A DNA stretch of 64,000 nucleotides from assembly GCF_964213995.1 (NCBI RefSeq), contig NW_027590177.1, forward strand, positions 434,001 to 498,000, written 5' to 3'. Numbering within the stretch: the stretch's first letter is position 1; each line of letters begins with the position of its first letter. The position numbers and the translations under genes were made by a program. Positions 9,373 through 23,434 of the stretch are shown here, one piece after another. Origin of the DNA: Mustelus asterias (taxonomy: Eukaryota). The notes under the pieces were generated by a model. It saw only the letters and a list, made by a program, of their open reading frames with translations, made no database searches and had not been told where the DNA came from.

Positions 9373-12300
9373 AGAACAAAGAAAATTACAGCACAGGAAC
9401 AGGCCCTTCGGCCCTCCAAGCCTGCACCGACCATGCTGCCTGACTTAATGAATACCCCATACTCTTCCGGGGACCATATACCTCTATTCCCATCCTATTC
9501 ATGTATTTGTCAAGATGCCCCTTAAAAGTCACTACCGTATCCGCTTCCACTACCTCCCCCGGCAACGGGTTCCAGGCACCCACTACTCTCTGTGTAAAAT
9601 ATCTGCCTCGTACATCTCCTTTAAACCTTGCCCCTCACACCTTAAACCTGTTCCCCCTAGTAATCGACACTTCCACCCTGGGAAAAAGCTTCTATCCACT
9701 CTGTCCATTCCTCTCATAATCTTGTAGACTTCTATCAGGTCCATAAGACCATAAGACATAGGAGCGGAAGTAAGGCCATTCGGCCCATCGAGTCCACTCC
9801 ACCATTCAATCATGGTTGATTTCAACTCCATTTACCCGCTCTCTCCCCATAGCCCTTAATTCCTCGAGAAATCAAGAATTTATCAATTTCTGTCTTGAAG
9901 ACGCTCAACGTCTCGGCCTCCACAGCCCTCTGTGGCAATGAATTCCACAGACCTACCACCCTCTGGCTGAAAAAATTTCTCCTCATCTCTGTTCTAAAGT
10001 GACTCCCTTTTATTCTAAGGCTGTGCCCCCGCGTCCTAGTCTCCCCTGCTAATGGAAACAACTTCCCCTACGTCCATCCTATCTAAGCCGTTCATTATCT
10101 TGTAAGTTTCTATTAGATCTCCCCTCAACCTCCTAAACTCCAATGAATATAATCCCACGATCCTCAGACGTTCATCGTATGTCAGGCCTACCATTCCTGG
10201 GATCATCCGTGTGAATCTCCGCTGGACCCGCTCCAGTGCCAGTATGTCTTTCCTGAGGTGTGGGGCCCAAAATTGCTCACAGTACTCCAAATGGGGCCTA
10301 ACCAGTGCTTTATAAAGCCTCAGAAGTACATCCCTGCTTTTGTATTCCAAGCCTCTTGAGATAAATGACAACATTACATTTGCTTTCTTAATTACGGACT
10401 CAACCTGCAAGTTTACCTTTAGAGAATCCTGGACTAGGACTCCCAAGTCCCTTTGCACTTTAGCATTATGAATTTTGTCACCGTTTAGAAAATAGTCCAT
10501 GCCTCTATTCTTTTTTCCAAAGTGCATGACCTCGCACTTGCCCACGTTGAATTTCATCAGCCACTTCTTGGACCACTCTCCTAAACTGTCTAAATCTTTC
10601 TGCAGCCTCCCCACCTCCTCAATACTACCTGCCCCTCCACCTATCTTTGTATCATCGGCAAACTTGGCCAGAATGCCCCCAGTCCCGTCATCTAGATCGT
10701 TAATATATAAAGAGAACAGCTGTGGCCCCAACACTGAACCCTGCGGGACACCACTTGTCACCGGTTGCCATTCTGAGAAAGAACCTTTTATCCCAACTCT
10801 CTGCCTTCTGTCTGACAGCCAATCGTCAATCCATGTTAGTACCTTGCCTCGAATACCATGGGCCCTTATTTTACTCAGCAGTCTCCCGTGAGGCACCTTG
10901 TCAAAGGCCTTTTGGAAGTCAAGATAGATAACATCCATTGGCTCTCCTTGGTCTAACCTATTTGTTATCTCTTCAAAGAACTCTAACAGGTTTGTCAGGC
11001 ACGACCTCCCCTTACTAAATCCATGCTGACTTGTCCTAATCCGACCCTGCACTTCCAAGAATTTAGAAATCTCATCCTTAACGATGGATTCTAGAATTTT
11101 GCCAACAACTGAGGTTAGGCTAATTGGCCTATAATTTTCCATCTTTTTTCTTGTTCCATTCTTGAACAGTGGGGTTACAACAGCGATTTTCCAATCCTCT
11201 GGGACTTTCCCTGACTCCAGTGACTTTTGAAAGATCATAACTAACGCCTCCACTATTTCTTCAGCTATCTCCTTTAGAACTCTAGGATGTAGCCCATCTG
11301 GGCCCGGAGATTTATCAATTTTCAGACCTTTTAGTTTCTCTGGCACTTTCTCCTTTGTGATGGCAACCATATTCAACTCTGCCCCCTGACTTTCCTGAAT
11401 TGTTGGGATATTACTCATGTCTTCTACTGTGAAGACTGACGCAAAGTACTTATTAAGTTCCTCAGCTATTTCCTTGTCTCCCATCACTAGATTACCAGCG
11501 TCATTTTGGAGCGGCCCAATGTCTACTTTTGCCTCCCGTTTGTTTTTAATGTATTTAAAGAAACTTTTACTATCATTCCTAATGTTACTGGCTAGCCTAC
11601 CTTCATATTTGATCCTCTCCTTCCTTATTTCTCTCTTTGTTATCCTCTGTTTGTTTTTATAGCCTTCCCAATCTTCTGACTTCCCACTACTCTTTGCCAC
11701 ATTATAGGCTCTCTCTTTTGCCTTGATGCATTCCCTGACTTCCTTTGTCAGCCATGGCTGCCTAATCCCCCCTCTGATAACCTTTCTTTTGTTTGGGATG
11801 TCGCCCCTCAACCTCCGTCGTTCCAGTGAGAACAAACCAAGTTTCTCCAACCTCTCCTCATAGCTAATGCCCTACATACCAGGCAATATCCTGGTAAATC
11901 TTTTCTGTACCCTCTCCAAAGCCTCCACATCCTTCTGGTAGTGTGGCGACCAGAATTGAACACTAGATTCCAAGTGCGGCCTAACTCAGCTTCTATAAAG
12001 CTGCAACATGACTTGCCAATTTTTAAACTCAATGCCCTGGCCGATGAAGGCAAGCATGCCGTATGCCTTTTTGACTCCCTTCTCCACCTGCATTGCCACT
12101 TTCAGTGACCTGTGTACCTGTATACCCAGATCCCTTTGCCTATCAATACTCTTAAGGGTTCTGCCATTTACTGTATATTTGCTATCTGTATTGGACCTTC
12201 CAAAATGCATTACCTCACATTTGTCTGGATTAAACTCCATCTGCCATCTCTCCGCCCAAGTCTCCAACCGATATGCTGCTGTATCCTCTGATGGTCCTCA

Positions 12301-13560
12301 TCGCTATCCGCTAATCCTCCAACCCATGGGTCGTCCGCAAACTTACGAATCAAACCAGTTACATTTTCCTCCAAATCATTTGTATATATCACAAACAGCA
12401 AAGGTCCCAGCACTGACCTCTGAAGAATGCCACTTGTCACAGCCCTCCATTCAGAAACGCACCCTTCCACTGCTACCCTCTGTCTTCTTTGACCGAGTGA
12501 GTTTTGTATCCACCTTGCCAGCTTACTTCTGATCCCATGCTTCTTCACCTTCTGCATCAGTCTGCCATGAGGGACCTTGTCAAAGGCCTTACTGAAGTCC
12601 ATGTAGACAACATCCACTGCCCTACCCTCATCAATCATCTTCGTCACTTCCTCGAAAAACCCGATCAAGTTCGTGAGACACGACCTCCCCTTCGCAAAAC
12701 CATGTTGCCTCTCACTAATACGTCCACTTATTTCCAAGTGGGAATAAATCCTGTCTCGAAGAATCTTCTCCAATAATTTCCCTACCACTGATGTAAGGCT
12801 CACCGGCCGGTAATTACCTGGATTATTCTTGCCACCCTTCTTAAACAAAGGAACAACATTGGCTGTTCTCCAATCCTCTGGGACCTCCCCGTAGCCAGTG
12901 AGGATACAAAGATTTCTCTCAAGGCCCCAGCAATTTCTTCCCTTGCCTCCCTCAGTATTCTGGGATATATCCCATCAGACCCTGGGGATTTGTCTACCTT
13001 AATGTTTCTCAAGAACCCCAATAACTCCTCCTTTTTGATCTCAACATGACTCAAACTATCTATACACCCTTTCCCAGATTCATTATCCACCAAGTCCTTC
13101 TCTTTGGTGAATACTGACGCAAAGTACTCATTTATTACCTCACTCATTTCCTCTGGCTCCACGCATAGATTCCCTCCCTTGTCCTTGAGTGGGCCAACCC
13201 TCACCCTGGCTACCCTCTTGCTCTTTATATATGTATAAAAAGCCTTGGGATTTTCCTTAATCCTGCTGGCCAAGGCTTTTTCGTGACCCCTTTTAGCCCT
13301 CCTTACTCCTTGCTTAAGTTTCTTTCTACTTTCCTTGTATTCCACACTTGCTTCGTGTGTTCCCAGCTTTCTCGCTTTGACAAATGCTTCCTTTTTCTCT
13401 TTGACGAGGCTCACAATATCTCTCGTTATCCAAGGTTCCCAAAACTTGCCATACTTATCCTTCATCCTTACAGGAATGTGCTGGTCCTGAATCCCTATCA
13501 ACTTACACTTGAAAGCCTCCCACATGCCAGATGTTGATTTGCCCTCAAACATCTGCCCCA
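9373..13560 (-). mobile_element. CR1 LINE (family X, TTCTTTG tail), 5'-truncated, frameshifted, split by a nested CR1 at 9742-11799
   Basis: RT-domain ORF pieces 12800-13561, 12210-12848, 11986-12267; sequence at 9730-9741 resumes at 11800 as shown by the uninterrupted copy at 16320-16360. Confidence 0.92.
9742..11799 (-). mobile_element. Young CR1 LINE (family Y, TCTTATGG tail), 5'-truncated, RT domain open
   Basis: About 585 stop-free codons including YRPISLTS, QHGF, GVPQGSVLGP, FADD; one frameshift near 10066; 3' microsatellite tail. Confidence 0.93.
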
Positions 13561-14198
13561 TCTGGTAGCTATTTATTAGCTACCAGTCATTAACAGATGA
13601 GAAATTAATGAGCCTTAATTGAGTTATAGTTAATCAATGATAGTAAAAGATTGAGTTTTATTTGCTGTAAAAATGTAAAAGCTTAATTGCTGTGTATGTA
13701 AAGAATGTGCAATGAGGATAAATGTACTGGCGAGAGAGACCTTCAAGCTCTGATTAGCCTCAACATTTGAAACTGTGAGAATAAGGGATTGTACAGAATC
13801 AGATAAAGGGACAGCATGAACCAGTTCTCTTGTATTCCTGTCTAAGATAATGAGAGAAAGTGGTGTCAGTAATTGAGGATCCAGTTAAATTAATCTAGTG
13901 ATCAAATTGACCAATTGTCATGATACAACAGGCCCAACTCTGACGTGAGGTAATGGTCACTTTGTGGATAAAAGTAGAGGTTCCGAAGGTCTTCCTTGCG
14001 AGCCAAATACTGAAGACTCCCGAGGCTGAGTTCCAAGGAAATTACTGTCAGAGAAGGAGCCAGAGAGGGTTACTCTTCTACGGACCGATCACCCGCATGA
14101 AGTTGTAAAAGTCAATGTCCTAAAGTTGTTCAGTAAAACTTTTTCATTCAGTAAACTTCTTTTTAAATTTGCTATCCAGAGAATTCTGCCTTTACCAC
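13561..14198 (+). mobile_element. Possible solo LTR fragment
   Basis: AT-rich block with a TATA-like GATAAAAG (~13967), two AGTAAA signals and a ...TACCACA end; 5' end and TSD not found. Confidence 0.3.
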
Positions 14199-15964
14199 AA
14201 AGAGGGCAGGGAACAGGCTACAGATGAATTAAAGAGAAACCATTTGTGTCCAGAACGTTGTGAACATCCTTTTACTCTGGTTGTCTTTGATCTTCAAGTC
14301 ATTTTCTGATTGTTTTAACCATGTTCTGTTTCATTAATAAACTTTTATCAGTAAAATATTTGACTTTTCTGGATTTTTTCTGATTATATTGATGCACTTT
14401 AGGGAACGTGGGTGAGAGGGGTTGGCAGGCTCTTCAACAGAAAGTGAGTCCCTCTAAGGTAATTGGCAAAGGAGCCAGAGGGGGAGATGAGATTTTATTT
14501 TATTTTTTGACACAGCAAGACATTCTGATCTGCCTGAAAGCAGATTCAATAGTATCTTTCCAAAGGGTAAAAACTTGAAAGGGAAGAATTTGCAGGACTG
14601 TGAGGACAGATCAGTGTGGTAGGATGAATCAGAGAGTCCTTTCAAAGAGATAGCAGGGGCACGATGGGCTGAATGGACTCCTGCATCCTGTCAATCTCAG
14701 TCTCCTGCTTTTGTGCAGGTTAGAAGGGTAGATTTCAGTGCAGACTCTTCCCTGTATATGTATTTAAAGAGACAGGTTTCTCTTTTGGTCTGAGTGACTG
14801 ATATAACAATTGATTGGAGGCCCATTTCTCACTCAGTCCTCCAGCACCTTCCTGTCCCTCAATTTGTGCGACGCCCAGGGCAGTTTCCCAACTGGGGCGC
14901 AGGCCCCATTATTCTCAGCTAAATTCAGCCCTCAGCTCCGTCGCCTGGCTGTCATTGACACGAGCAATAGAGAGACAGAAAGGTGCCACAGGCTCAAATG
15001 GGAAGTCAAAACATGTGGCTTTAAATGAACTGTTAGGATCTCTGACGATCAACAATTTTAAAAAATGAATTCTGAACTCAGTAAACAAATTAAAGAATCA
15101 CACGACAAAACTTCAAGTTTTCTGATGTTTATTCCAACAAACTGGAAGCAACAATGATTAAACACTTTTTTATAGGGAACATAGCCCTTAAACTGTACAA
15201 TTAAACTTTGCCCTTTTACTCTTAACACCATTAAATATCCACTCAATGAATATATTTTACTTTGCCTTAGAATGTTGACACTCTTTCTCCAAAAACCAGC
15301 CCAAAGTGATTCTTTACTCCCCAAGGGTTTATTTCCATTGTTTTCCTTTTCCAGTCTGGCAACCTTTAATCCCAGAACTGTCCTTCACAGTGATGGTTCT
15401 CCTGGACATTTTCCCACTAACACAAGCAAGGCGAATCTTCCAGCCTTGTTTCACAATTCTCAGGAATTTGTGACCAACATTCGACATCGGAGCAGAAGTC
15501 GGCCATTTGGCCCTTTGAGTCGGCTCCACCGTTTATTTAGATCATGGCTGATCTGTTTGTGTTGCGTTCTCGTGCTATACCCGATACTTTTGATGCCCTG
15601 ATCCAACAAGAACTGGTATTAAGGCAAAATTCTGCTGTTGCTGGAATCTGAAACAAAAACAGAAAATGCTGGACAATCTCAGCAAGTCTGACAGCATCTG
15701 TAAAGAGAGAATGGAGGCAACATTTTGAGTCAGGATTACTCTTTGTCAGAGCTGAAGACAAGGAAGTTCTGACAAAATTTATCCTGTGAGGGTCAAGAAT
15801 TGGGAAGCAATTATTAAACCTCCTCTGAACCACTTTCAATGCATTTGTATCATTTCTTAAATAGGAGACAAAGCTGCAGCCAGTGTTCAAGATGCAGTCT
15901 CAGCAACGCCCTGTATAACTGAACTACAACATCTTTACTCCTGTGTTCAATTTCTCTCGTAATA

Positions 15965-16765
15965 GAACAAAGAACAAAGAAAATTACAGCACAGGAACAG
16001 GCCCTTCGGCCCTCCAAGCCTGCACTGACCATGCTGCCCGACTTAACTAAAAACCCCTTCTGGGGACCATATCCCTCTATTCCCATCCTATTCATGTTCT
16101 TGTCAAGACGCCCCTTAAAAGTCACTACCGTATCCGCTTCCACTCCCTCCCTCGCCAACGAGTTCCAGGCACCCACCACTCTCTGTGTAAAAAATCTGCC
16201 TCGTACATCTCCTTTAAACCTTGCCCTTCGCACCTTAAACCTGTGCTCCCTCGTAATTGACTCTTCCACCCTGGGAAAAAGCTTCTGACTATCCACTCTG
16301 TCCATGCCTCTCATAATCTTGTAGACTTCTATCAGGTCTCCCCTCAACCTCCGTCGCTCCAGTGAGAACAAACCAAGTTTCTCCAACCTCTCCTCATAGC
16401 TAATGCCCTCCATACCAGGCAACATCCTGGTAAATCTTTTCTGTACCCTCTCCAAAGCCTCCACATCCTTCTGGTAGTGTGGCGACCAGAATTGAACACT
16501 AGATTCCAAGTGCGGCCTAACTAAGGTTCTATAAAGCTGCAACATAACTTGCCAAATTTTAAACTCAATACCCCGGCCGATGAAGGCACGCATGCCGTAT
16601 GCCTTCTTGACTACCTTCTCCACCTGCATTGCCACTTTCAGTGACCTGTGTACCTGTACACCCAGATCCCTTTGCCTATCAATACTCTTAAGGGTTCTGC
16701 CATTTACTGTATATTTCCTATCTGTATTAGACCTTCCAAAATGCAATACCTCACATTTGTCCGGA
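15965..16765 (-). mobile_element. CR1 family X 5'-truncated copy inserted in an older CR1
   Basis: Open CR1 ORF2 C-terminus; TAATA duplicated at 15960-15964 and 16767-16771; flanks rejoin as older CR1 sequence. Confidence 0.9.
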
Positions 16766-17637
16766 ATAATAAAGGATAACATTCCATTTGTCAGAACTTT
16801 GATTTATTTGAACTAAGATTTATGGGTGTTCTCTTGTTTACAATAACCTCCCTCATCGTAAATCACACCAGGTTCCAGTGACTTAACCATATGGCAAGAA
16901 AGAACACTTTAAATCATGAATTCAGAAAGTTTATTAATCATTAAAAATGTAACAAGTCAGAAAGATAAAAAACAGAATGTCGATTAACAATTAATAGAGA
17001 AAGTTTAACATTAACAATTGAACAGACTTCTCTCCATCCCTCTCAGACCAGGACATGAAGTGACCGCTCCAAAAACATGGATAACTTGTAAAACCAACAG
17101 CTCTCCACACCTCTCTGTAAACATATCTCTCTCCACCTCTCTCCCAAATTGCCTTCTCAAGACCACGTTTTTATACTTTAAAAATGTCAAAAGACCATCT
17201 TAGCCAATTCCCATAAATCTTCAATTCTGAACTAAAATAGACAGATGAGTCTTCAGGCGATTTAAAAACAAATGAACTGTCTGCTGAAAGGGTTAACGTT
17301 TCGACAGAACCTAAAGGGGTGGGGAGTGAGCAGCAAAAACTTGGCCCACAATTACGTCACTTTACACAAGTTTAAAACAAAACAAATGATTTTAAACATC
17401 ATCTATTAATTTTTTTGTTTTATTCCTCAACCTACTTAATTTGATCAGTTTTTGTTAGGGATGGGTAACTTCTGTTCTTTATAAACTGATTCACTCATTT
17501 TGTTAATCCTACATGGGCTCAGAGAATCAGAACCCAGACTTTATCATCCTTATCCTTTTTCTCCCTTTGCCACCACTCCCTCTGTTTTGCGGGAGGGTCG
17601 TGGGAATTCCAATCAGACCGAATCATTTTATCATAAA

Positions 17638-17812
17638 AATAAAATACTGCGGATGCTGGAGTCTGAAACAAAAACAGAAAATGCTGCAAGATCTCAGCAG
17701 GTCTGACAGCATCTGTGGAGCGAGAATAGAGCCAATATTTCGAGTCTGGATGACCCTTTATAAGAGCTCTTACGAAGTGTCATCCAGACTCGAAAGGTTG
17801 GCTCTATTCTCT
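17638..17812. mobile_element. Penelope-derived foldback (palindromic) element
   Basis: TTTCGAGTCTGGATGAC...GTCATCCAGACTCGAAA inverted arms; same family at ~15620-15770, 28105-28335, 29098-29250, 29810-30010, 31403-31630, 42160-42255. Confidence 0.65.
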
Positions 17813-18387
17813 AATCATTTTAATCGATAAGTTTCTTGTTCTTAGTTCCCAGGTTCCTGGCGCTGTGAGGCAGCAGTGCTAACCACTGTGCCGCCCCAGT
17901 TTAATTCTAACTCATTCTGAGTAAATATTCTCACCAAGTCCTCTGTTGGGGCCCTGCTTAGCAGTTTAATGGTCCGTGATTGCAGAAACTGAGCAGTCAC
18001 AGGAATGTGGTCACGATAGTCCAGTCCCATAATGCCTCACATTCAATCTGCAGTCCTTCAATTATAACAGAATATGTGGCTGTATGTAGCTGCCTCGGCC
18101 ATGGTCAACCCCAACACTGCCTTCCTGAACTGCTGCAATGCCTGAGGTGTAGGTACACCCACAGTGCTGTTAGGGAGGGATTTCCAGCTACACATTCCAA
18201 AACTTTCACTAGACTGTAGATGGATACCAGATTGATATATTCCATTCAACCACACCCAAGGTGAGTTATTCCAATTCCTTTATTGTCCAGGACAATATAT
18301 TCACAATATCTTTAAAACAGAAATTAAACATTCCCATTTGATTTCAGGTATTAACATATTCTGTTAGTTTGTTCTTTATTGTCAATG

Positions 18388-18695
18388 TCAGGCTGGGGTT
18401 GTTCCTCTTGGAGGAAAGGAGGTTGAGGGGAGATTTGATAGAGGTGGACAAGACTCTGACAGGTTTAGATGAGGTGGACAAAGAAAAGCTGTTCCCATTA
18501 GCTGATGGCACAAGAATAAGGGGGCATAGAGTTAAGGTTTTGGGTCAGAGATGCGGGGGGGGGGGGGGGGTATATGAGGAAGAATATTTTGATGCAGTGA
18601 ATGATAATGACCTGGAACTCGCTGCCTACGAGGGTGGAGGAAGTGGAGACAATAAACAATTACAAAGGAAATTGGATGAACATCTGGGGGAGTTT
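18388..18695 (+). mobile_element. Decayed CR1 3' fragment
   Basis: LGLFLLEERRLRGDLIEV...TRIRGH motif. Confidence 0.75.
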
Positions 18696-18952
18696 CAAAC
18701 AGAAATAGTGACTAAATATTTCTTAACTTCCTAACACCCTGTTACTCTGTGATCCGTCTGAAATTTGAAACCAGGTATTCGCAACAAGACTCAAAGAGCA
18801 TCAGCCCACTGGAGGCAAAGTCATGAGACCGGCCAGTCCAGCAGAAAGAAACCCCCCGACCATCCCCATTGACCAACTGTGAGAATGAACAAAACGCAGT
18901 CCTGGATGTAATTGAGAGCAGAAACAATAACAGCAGAATCCAACCCCTGTCA

Positions 18953-19627
18953 TCACTCGTGAACTCGCTGGTGTCTCAGCAGGTGGGATGACCGACTGAA
19001 TCTCTTCTCACACACAGGGCAGGTGAAGGGCCTCTCTCCAGTGTGAACTCGTTGGTGTGTCCGCAGGCAGGATGACCGAGTGAATCCCTTCCCACATTGA
19101 GAGCAGGTGAATGGCCTCTCCCCAGTGTGAACTCGCTGGTGTGACAGCAGGCTGGATGAATCACAGAATCCCTTCCCACACTGAGAGCAGGTGAACGGTC
19201 TCTCTCCAGTGTGAACTCGCTGGTGTATCCGCAGGTGGGTTGACTGAGTGAATCCCTTCCCACACTGAGGGCAGGTGAATGGCCTCTCCCCAGTATGAAT
19301 GCGCTCATGTGCCCGCAGATTGGATGACCGAGTGAATCCCTTCCCACACTGAGAGCAGGTGAATGGCCTCTCCCCAGTGTGAACTCGCTGGTGTGTCTGC
19401 AGGTTGGATGACTGAGTGAATCCCTTCCCACACTGAGAGCACGTGAACGGTCTCTTCCCAGTGTGAACTCGCTGGTGTGTCTGCAGGCTGGATGACTGAG
19501 TGAATCCCTTCCCACACTGAGAGCAGGTGAATGGTCTCTCCCCAGTGTGGTTGCGCCGATGAGCTTCCAGCTCATTTGGGTATCTGTATCCCTTCCCACA
19601 GTCCGCACATTTCCATGGTTTCTCCAT
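18953..19627 (-). CDS. C2H2 zinc-finger protein gene D (224 aa, 8 fingers)
   Basis: ORF from ATG 19627 (MEKPWKC); the ORF-track start at 19663 is a TTG. Acceptor TTTCACAG|GATAT at 19978/19977. Confidence 0.92.
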   Translation of the reverse strand: MEKPWKCADCGKGYRYPNELEAHRRNHTGERPFTCSQCGKGFTQSSSLQTHQRVHTGKRPFTCSQCGKGFTQSSNLQTHQRVHTGERPFTCSQCGKGFTRSSNLRAHERIHTGERPFTCPQCGKGFTQSTHLRIHQRVHTGERPFTCSQCGKGFCDSSSLLSHQRVHTGERPFTCSQCGKGFTRSSCLRTHQRVHTGERPFTCPVCEKRFSRSSHLLRHQRVHE

Positions 19628-20496
19628 GGTGCAGGTGTCCTTGCCTCTGTCTTGGATGGACAATCAATTGAAGCCTCATCCACACACAGAACACGGGTAC
19701 AGTCTCTCCCCGCTGTGAATTGTGTGATATTTATTCAGGCTGTGTAACTGGTTAAAGCTCTTTAGTCAGTGCACTGGAACACTCTCACTCCAGTGTGGCA
19801 GAGTGTTGGTGCTTTTCCAGTCACACTGATGTTTGAAATCTTTTCAAATCAACAGACCGGACAATCATTTCTCCTTCTCGATTCAAAGTCCGATGATATT
19901 CAGCTCCCAAGGAATATGACTCTGTCAGATCTGACGTGATGTTTGAGATTTCGGGCTGTGATTCCTCTTTCAATATCCTGTGAAATGAGTTTACACATAT
20001 CATCAGTGTCAGTACAGGATAGAAATTCAGAATAGGATTCTATTTAAAAATGAAAGTGGATGGGCACTTGAAGGAAATAAACTTTCAGGAGAATGGGGAT
20101 GTAGAGTGGGAATGGGACTGGAATGTTATACAGAGAGTCAGCCTGGACTCGAGTTACCAAATTGATTCCTTCTGTGCTGTAATGACTTTATGATTGGAAA
20201 TGTATAACATTGCTACAGTATTATATTACAATGCAAGAAATAATAATAAATGTATTTTATTACAGAAACATAAATTATATATCTAATCTGGGTACCATAT
20301 AATAACACTAGACATATCTCTGTTCTATATTAATTTACTGTCCCCTTAAATGTCAGCCATCTCCTGCCCTTTAATTGTGTACATGAGGAAAGAGACCATC
20401 CTTTTAGACAGAAAGAAGATTAACGTTTCAGGGTGGGCAGAATGAATTACAGGGAATAAAAATGTATCAGATTTTGTTGGTCAATATAAGCTCAGA

Positions 20497-21582
20497 ATGG
20501 GGGAGGTGGCTAGATGGGTGGAGAACTGCCTTGGTCACAGAAGACAGAGGGTGGTAGTGGAAGGGTCTTTTTCCGGCCGGATGCCTGTGACTAGTGGTGT
20601 TCCGCAGGGCTCTGTATTGGGACCTCTGCTGTTTGTGATTTATATAAACGATCTGGAAGAAGGTGTAACTGGGGTGATCAGTAAGTTTGCGGACGACACA
20701 AAATTGGCAGGACTTGCAGATAGTGAGGAGCATTGTCAGAAGCTACAGAAGGATATAGATAGGCTGGAAATTTGGGCAAAGAAATGGCAGATGGAGTTCA
20801 ATCCTGATCAATGCGAAGTGATGCATTTTGGTAGAAATAATGTAGGGAGGAGCTATACGATAAATGGCAGAACCATAAAGGGTGTAGATACGCAGAGGGA
20901 CCTGGGTGTGCAAGTCCACAGATCCTTGAAGGTGACATCACAGGTGGAGAAGGTGGTGAAGAAGGCATATGGCATGCTTGCCTTTATAGGACGGGGCATA
21001 GAGTATAAAAGTTGGGGTCTGATGTTGCAGATGTATAGAACGTTGGTTCAGCCGCATTTGGAATACTGCGTCCAGTTCTGGTCGCCACACTACCAGAGGG
21101 ACGTGGAAGCTTTGGAGAGAGTACAGAGGAGGTTTACCAGGATGTTGCCTGATATGGAGGGGCTTAGTTATGAGGAGAGATTGGGTAAACTGGGGTTGTT
21201 TTCCCTGGTAAGACGGAGGATGAGGGGAGACTTAATAGGTGTATAAAATTATGAAAGGCATAGATAGGGTGAACGGTGGGAAGCTTTTCCCCAGGTCGGT
21301 GGTGACGTTCACGAGGGATCAGAGGTTCAAGGTGAAGGGGGGGAGGTTTAACACAGATATCAGAAGGACATATTTTACACAGAGGGTGGTGGGGGCCTGG
21401 AATGCGCTGCCAGGCAAGTTGGTGGAGGCGGACACACTGGGAACGTTTAAGACTTATCTAGATAGCCATATGAACGGAGTGGGAATGGAGGGATACAAAA
21501 GAATGGTCTAGTTGGGCCAGGGAGCGGCATGGGCTTGGAGGGCCGAAGGGCCTGATCCTGTGCTGTATTGTTCTTTGTTGTT
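20497..21582 (+). mobile_element. CR1 LINE (family Z), 5'-truncated
   Basis: GVPQGSVLGP/FADD RT C-terminal ORFs 20497-21246 and 21239-21511; TGTTCTTTG tail. Confidence 0.9.
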
Positions 21583-21630
21583 AGAAGTGGAAGGGAAATG
21601 ATCTCCAGTGGAAGAGAAACAATTCTCTTG

Positions 21631-21972
21631 GGGGCAGCACGGTAGCACAGTGGTTAGCACTGCTGCTTCACAGCTCCAGGGTCCCGGGTTCGATTCCCGG
21701 CTCGGGTCACTGTCTGTGTGGAGTTTGCACATTCTCCTCGTGTCTGCGTGGGTTTCCTCCGGGTGCTCCGGTTTCCTCCCACAGTCCAAAGATGTGCGGG
21801 TTAGGTTGATTGGCCAGGTTAAAAATTGCCCCTTAGAGTTCTGAGATGCGTAGGTTAGCGGGATTAGTGGGTAAATATGTGGGGGCAGGGCCTGGGTGGG
21901 ATTGTGGTCGGTGCAGACTCGATGGGCCGAATGGCCTCCTTCTGCACTGTAGGGTTTCTATGATTTCTATGA
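21631..21972 (+). mobile_element. Full-length HE1-type SINE
   Basis: tRNA-like head, V-SINE core, CR1-derived tail GGGCCGAATGGCCTCCTTCTGCACTGTAGGG(TTTCTATGA)n; nearly identical to the copy at 30656. Confidence 0.9.
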
Positions 21973-22179
21973 ATTCCTGAACATTGTAAGACTAAGCTGG
22001 TAAATCAGCAGTGAATAGAGTTGTGAAGTGGTAAAGACCTCATCAAGACATAGCTTGTGGAAATAATAGTTAAAATACACCCATTATTAGAGGCAGAGGA
22101 AGGTAGACAATGGCAGAGAGCTGATCAGGGAGGGCAGAGGTGAAACAGAGAAATGGATGGCCGTTTAAAAATTCATAAA

Positions 22180-23430
22180 AAGCATGGTTAGTAAGTTTGC
22201 AGACGATACTAAATTAGGAGGTATCGCTGATAGTGAAGAAGGTTATCAAAAATTACAGGGGGATCTTGATCAGTTGATCGGTTAGGGAAGTGGGTCGATG
22301 ATTGGCAAATGGATTTCAGTACAGATAATACAGAGTACAGAGGCACAACCTCAGGCTAAAGGGACGATCCTTTAAAACAGAGATAAGGAGGAATTTCTTC
22401 AGCCAGAGAGTGGTGAATTTGTGGAACTCTTTGCCGCAGAAGGCTGTGGAGACCAGGTCATTGACTGTCTTTAAGACAGAGATATATAGGTTCTTGATTA
22501 ATAAGGAGATCTGGGGTTATGGGAAAAAGGCAGGAGAATGGGGATGAGAAAAATATCAGCTGTGATTGATTGGCGGAGCAGACTCGATGGGCCGAGTGGC
22601 CTAATTCTGCTCCTATGTCTTATGGTCTTAAGTGTGAGTGTTGCATTTTGGAAAGTCAAATCAGGGTAGAACTTATAAAGTGAATGGTAAGGCCCTGGGG
22701 AGTGTTGAGGAACAGAGGAACCCAGGAGTACAAGTATATAGTTTGGTGAAAGTGATGTCACAGGTAGACAGAATGGTGAAGAAGGCATTTAGCACACTGG
22801 CCTTCATCAGTCAGGGCACTGAGTATAGGAGTTGGGACATTATGTTATAGTTGTATAAGTCGTTGGTGAGGCTGCACTTGGAGTATTGTGTACAGTTTTT
22901 GTAACCCTGTTATAGGAAAGACATTGATAAACTGGAAAGAGTGCAAAGAAAATTTATGAGGATGTTACCGGGACTAATGGGCCTGAGTGATCGCGAGAGG
23001 TTGGACAGGCTCGGGTTTATTTCTTCGAACGTAGGAGAATGTGGGGTGACTATAATGAGGTGTATTAAATAATGAGGGGCATAGATTGGATGAACCCACA
23101 TTGTCTTTTTGCCAGGGTAGGAGAATTGAAAACTAGAGGGCATAGGTTTAAGGTGAGAGGGGAAAGATTAAAAGGGACCAGAGGGGCAACGTCTTCATGC
23201 AGAGGGTGGTGCGTACATGGAATGAGCTGCCAGAGAAAGTGGTTGAGGCAGGTTCAAACAGCAGGTTTAAACATTTAAAAAGCATTTGGATAAGTACATG
23301 AATTGGAAAGGATTAGAGGGATATGAGCCAAACATGGGCAATTGGGACTAGCTGGGAGGGCACCATGGTTGGCATGGATCAGTTGGGCCGAAGGGTCTGT
23401 TTCTGTGCTGTATTGCTCTATGACTCTATG
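22180..23430 (+). mobile_element. Decayed CR1 with a nested family-Y 3' fragment (~22335-22630)
   Basis: KFADDTK and MLHFGKSN motifs separated by a fragment ending CCTATGTCTTATGGTCTTA. Confidence 0.75.
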
Positions 23431-23434
23431 TACT

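Noticed and set aside
10036-11850. 604-aa reverse transcriptase ORF as a domesticated gene
   Set aside because: Chance in-frame junction of two nested CR1 copies; no endonuclease, TTG start, normal LINE tail.
13562-13586. Palindrome CTGGTAGCTA-TTTAT-TAGCTACCAG
   Set aside because: Single copy at a CR1 truncation junction; no further context supporting a function.
15850-16782. 310-aa ORF
   Set aside because: 5'-truncated CR1 inserted in an older CR1; the ORF crosses both junctions.
16789-17430. Solo LTR-like blocks here and at ~32480-33090 and ~43400-44400 (minus-strand TATA and AATAAA order)
   Set aside because: No TSD, PBS/PPT or clear TG..CA boundaries could be established, so they were not called as features.
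21631-21706. SINE heads as additional tRNA genes
   Set aside because: A/B boxes are present but there is no cloverleaf, and they continue into the V-SINE core.
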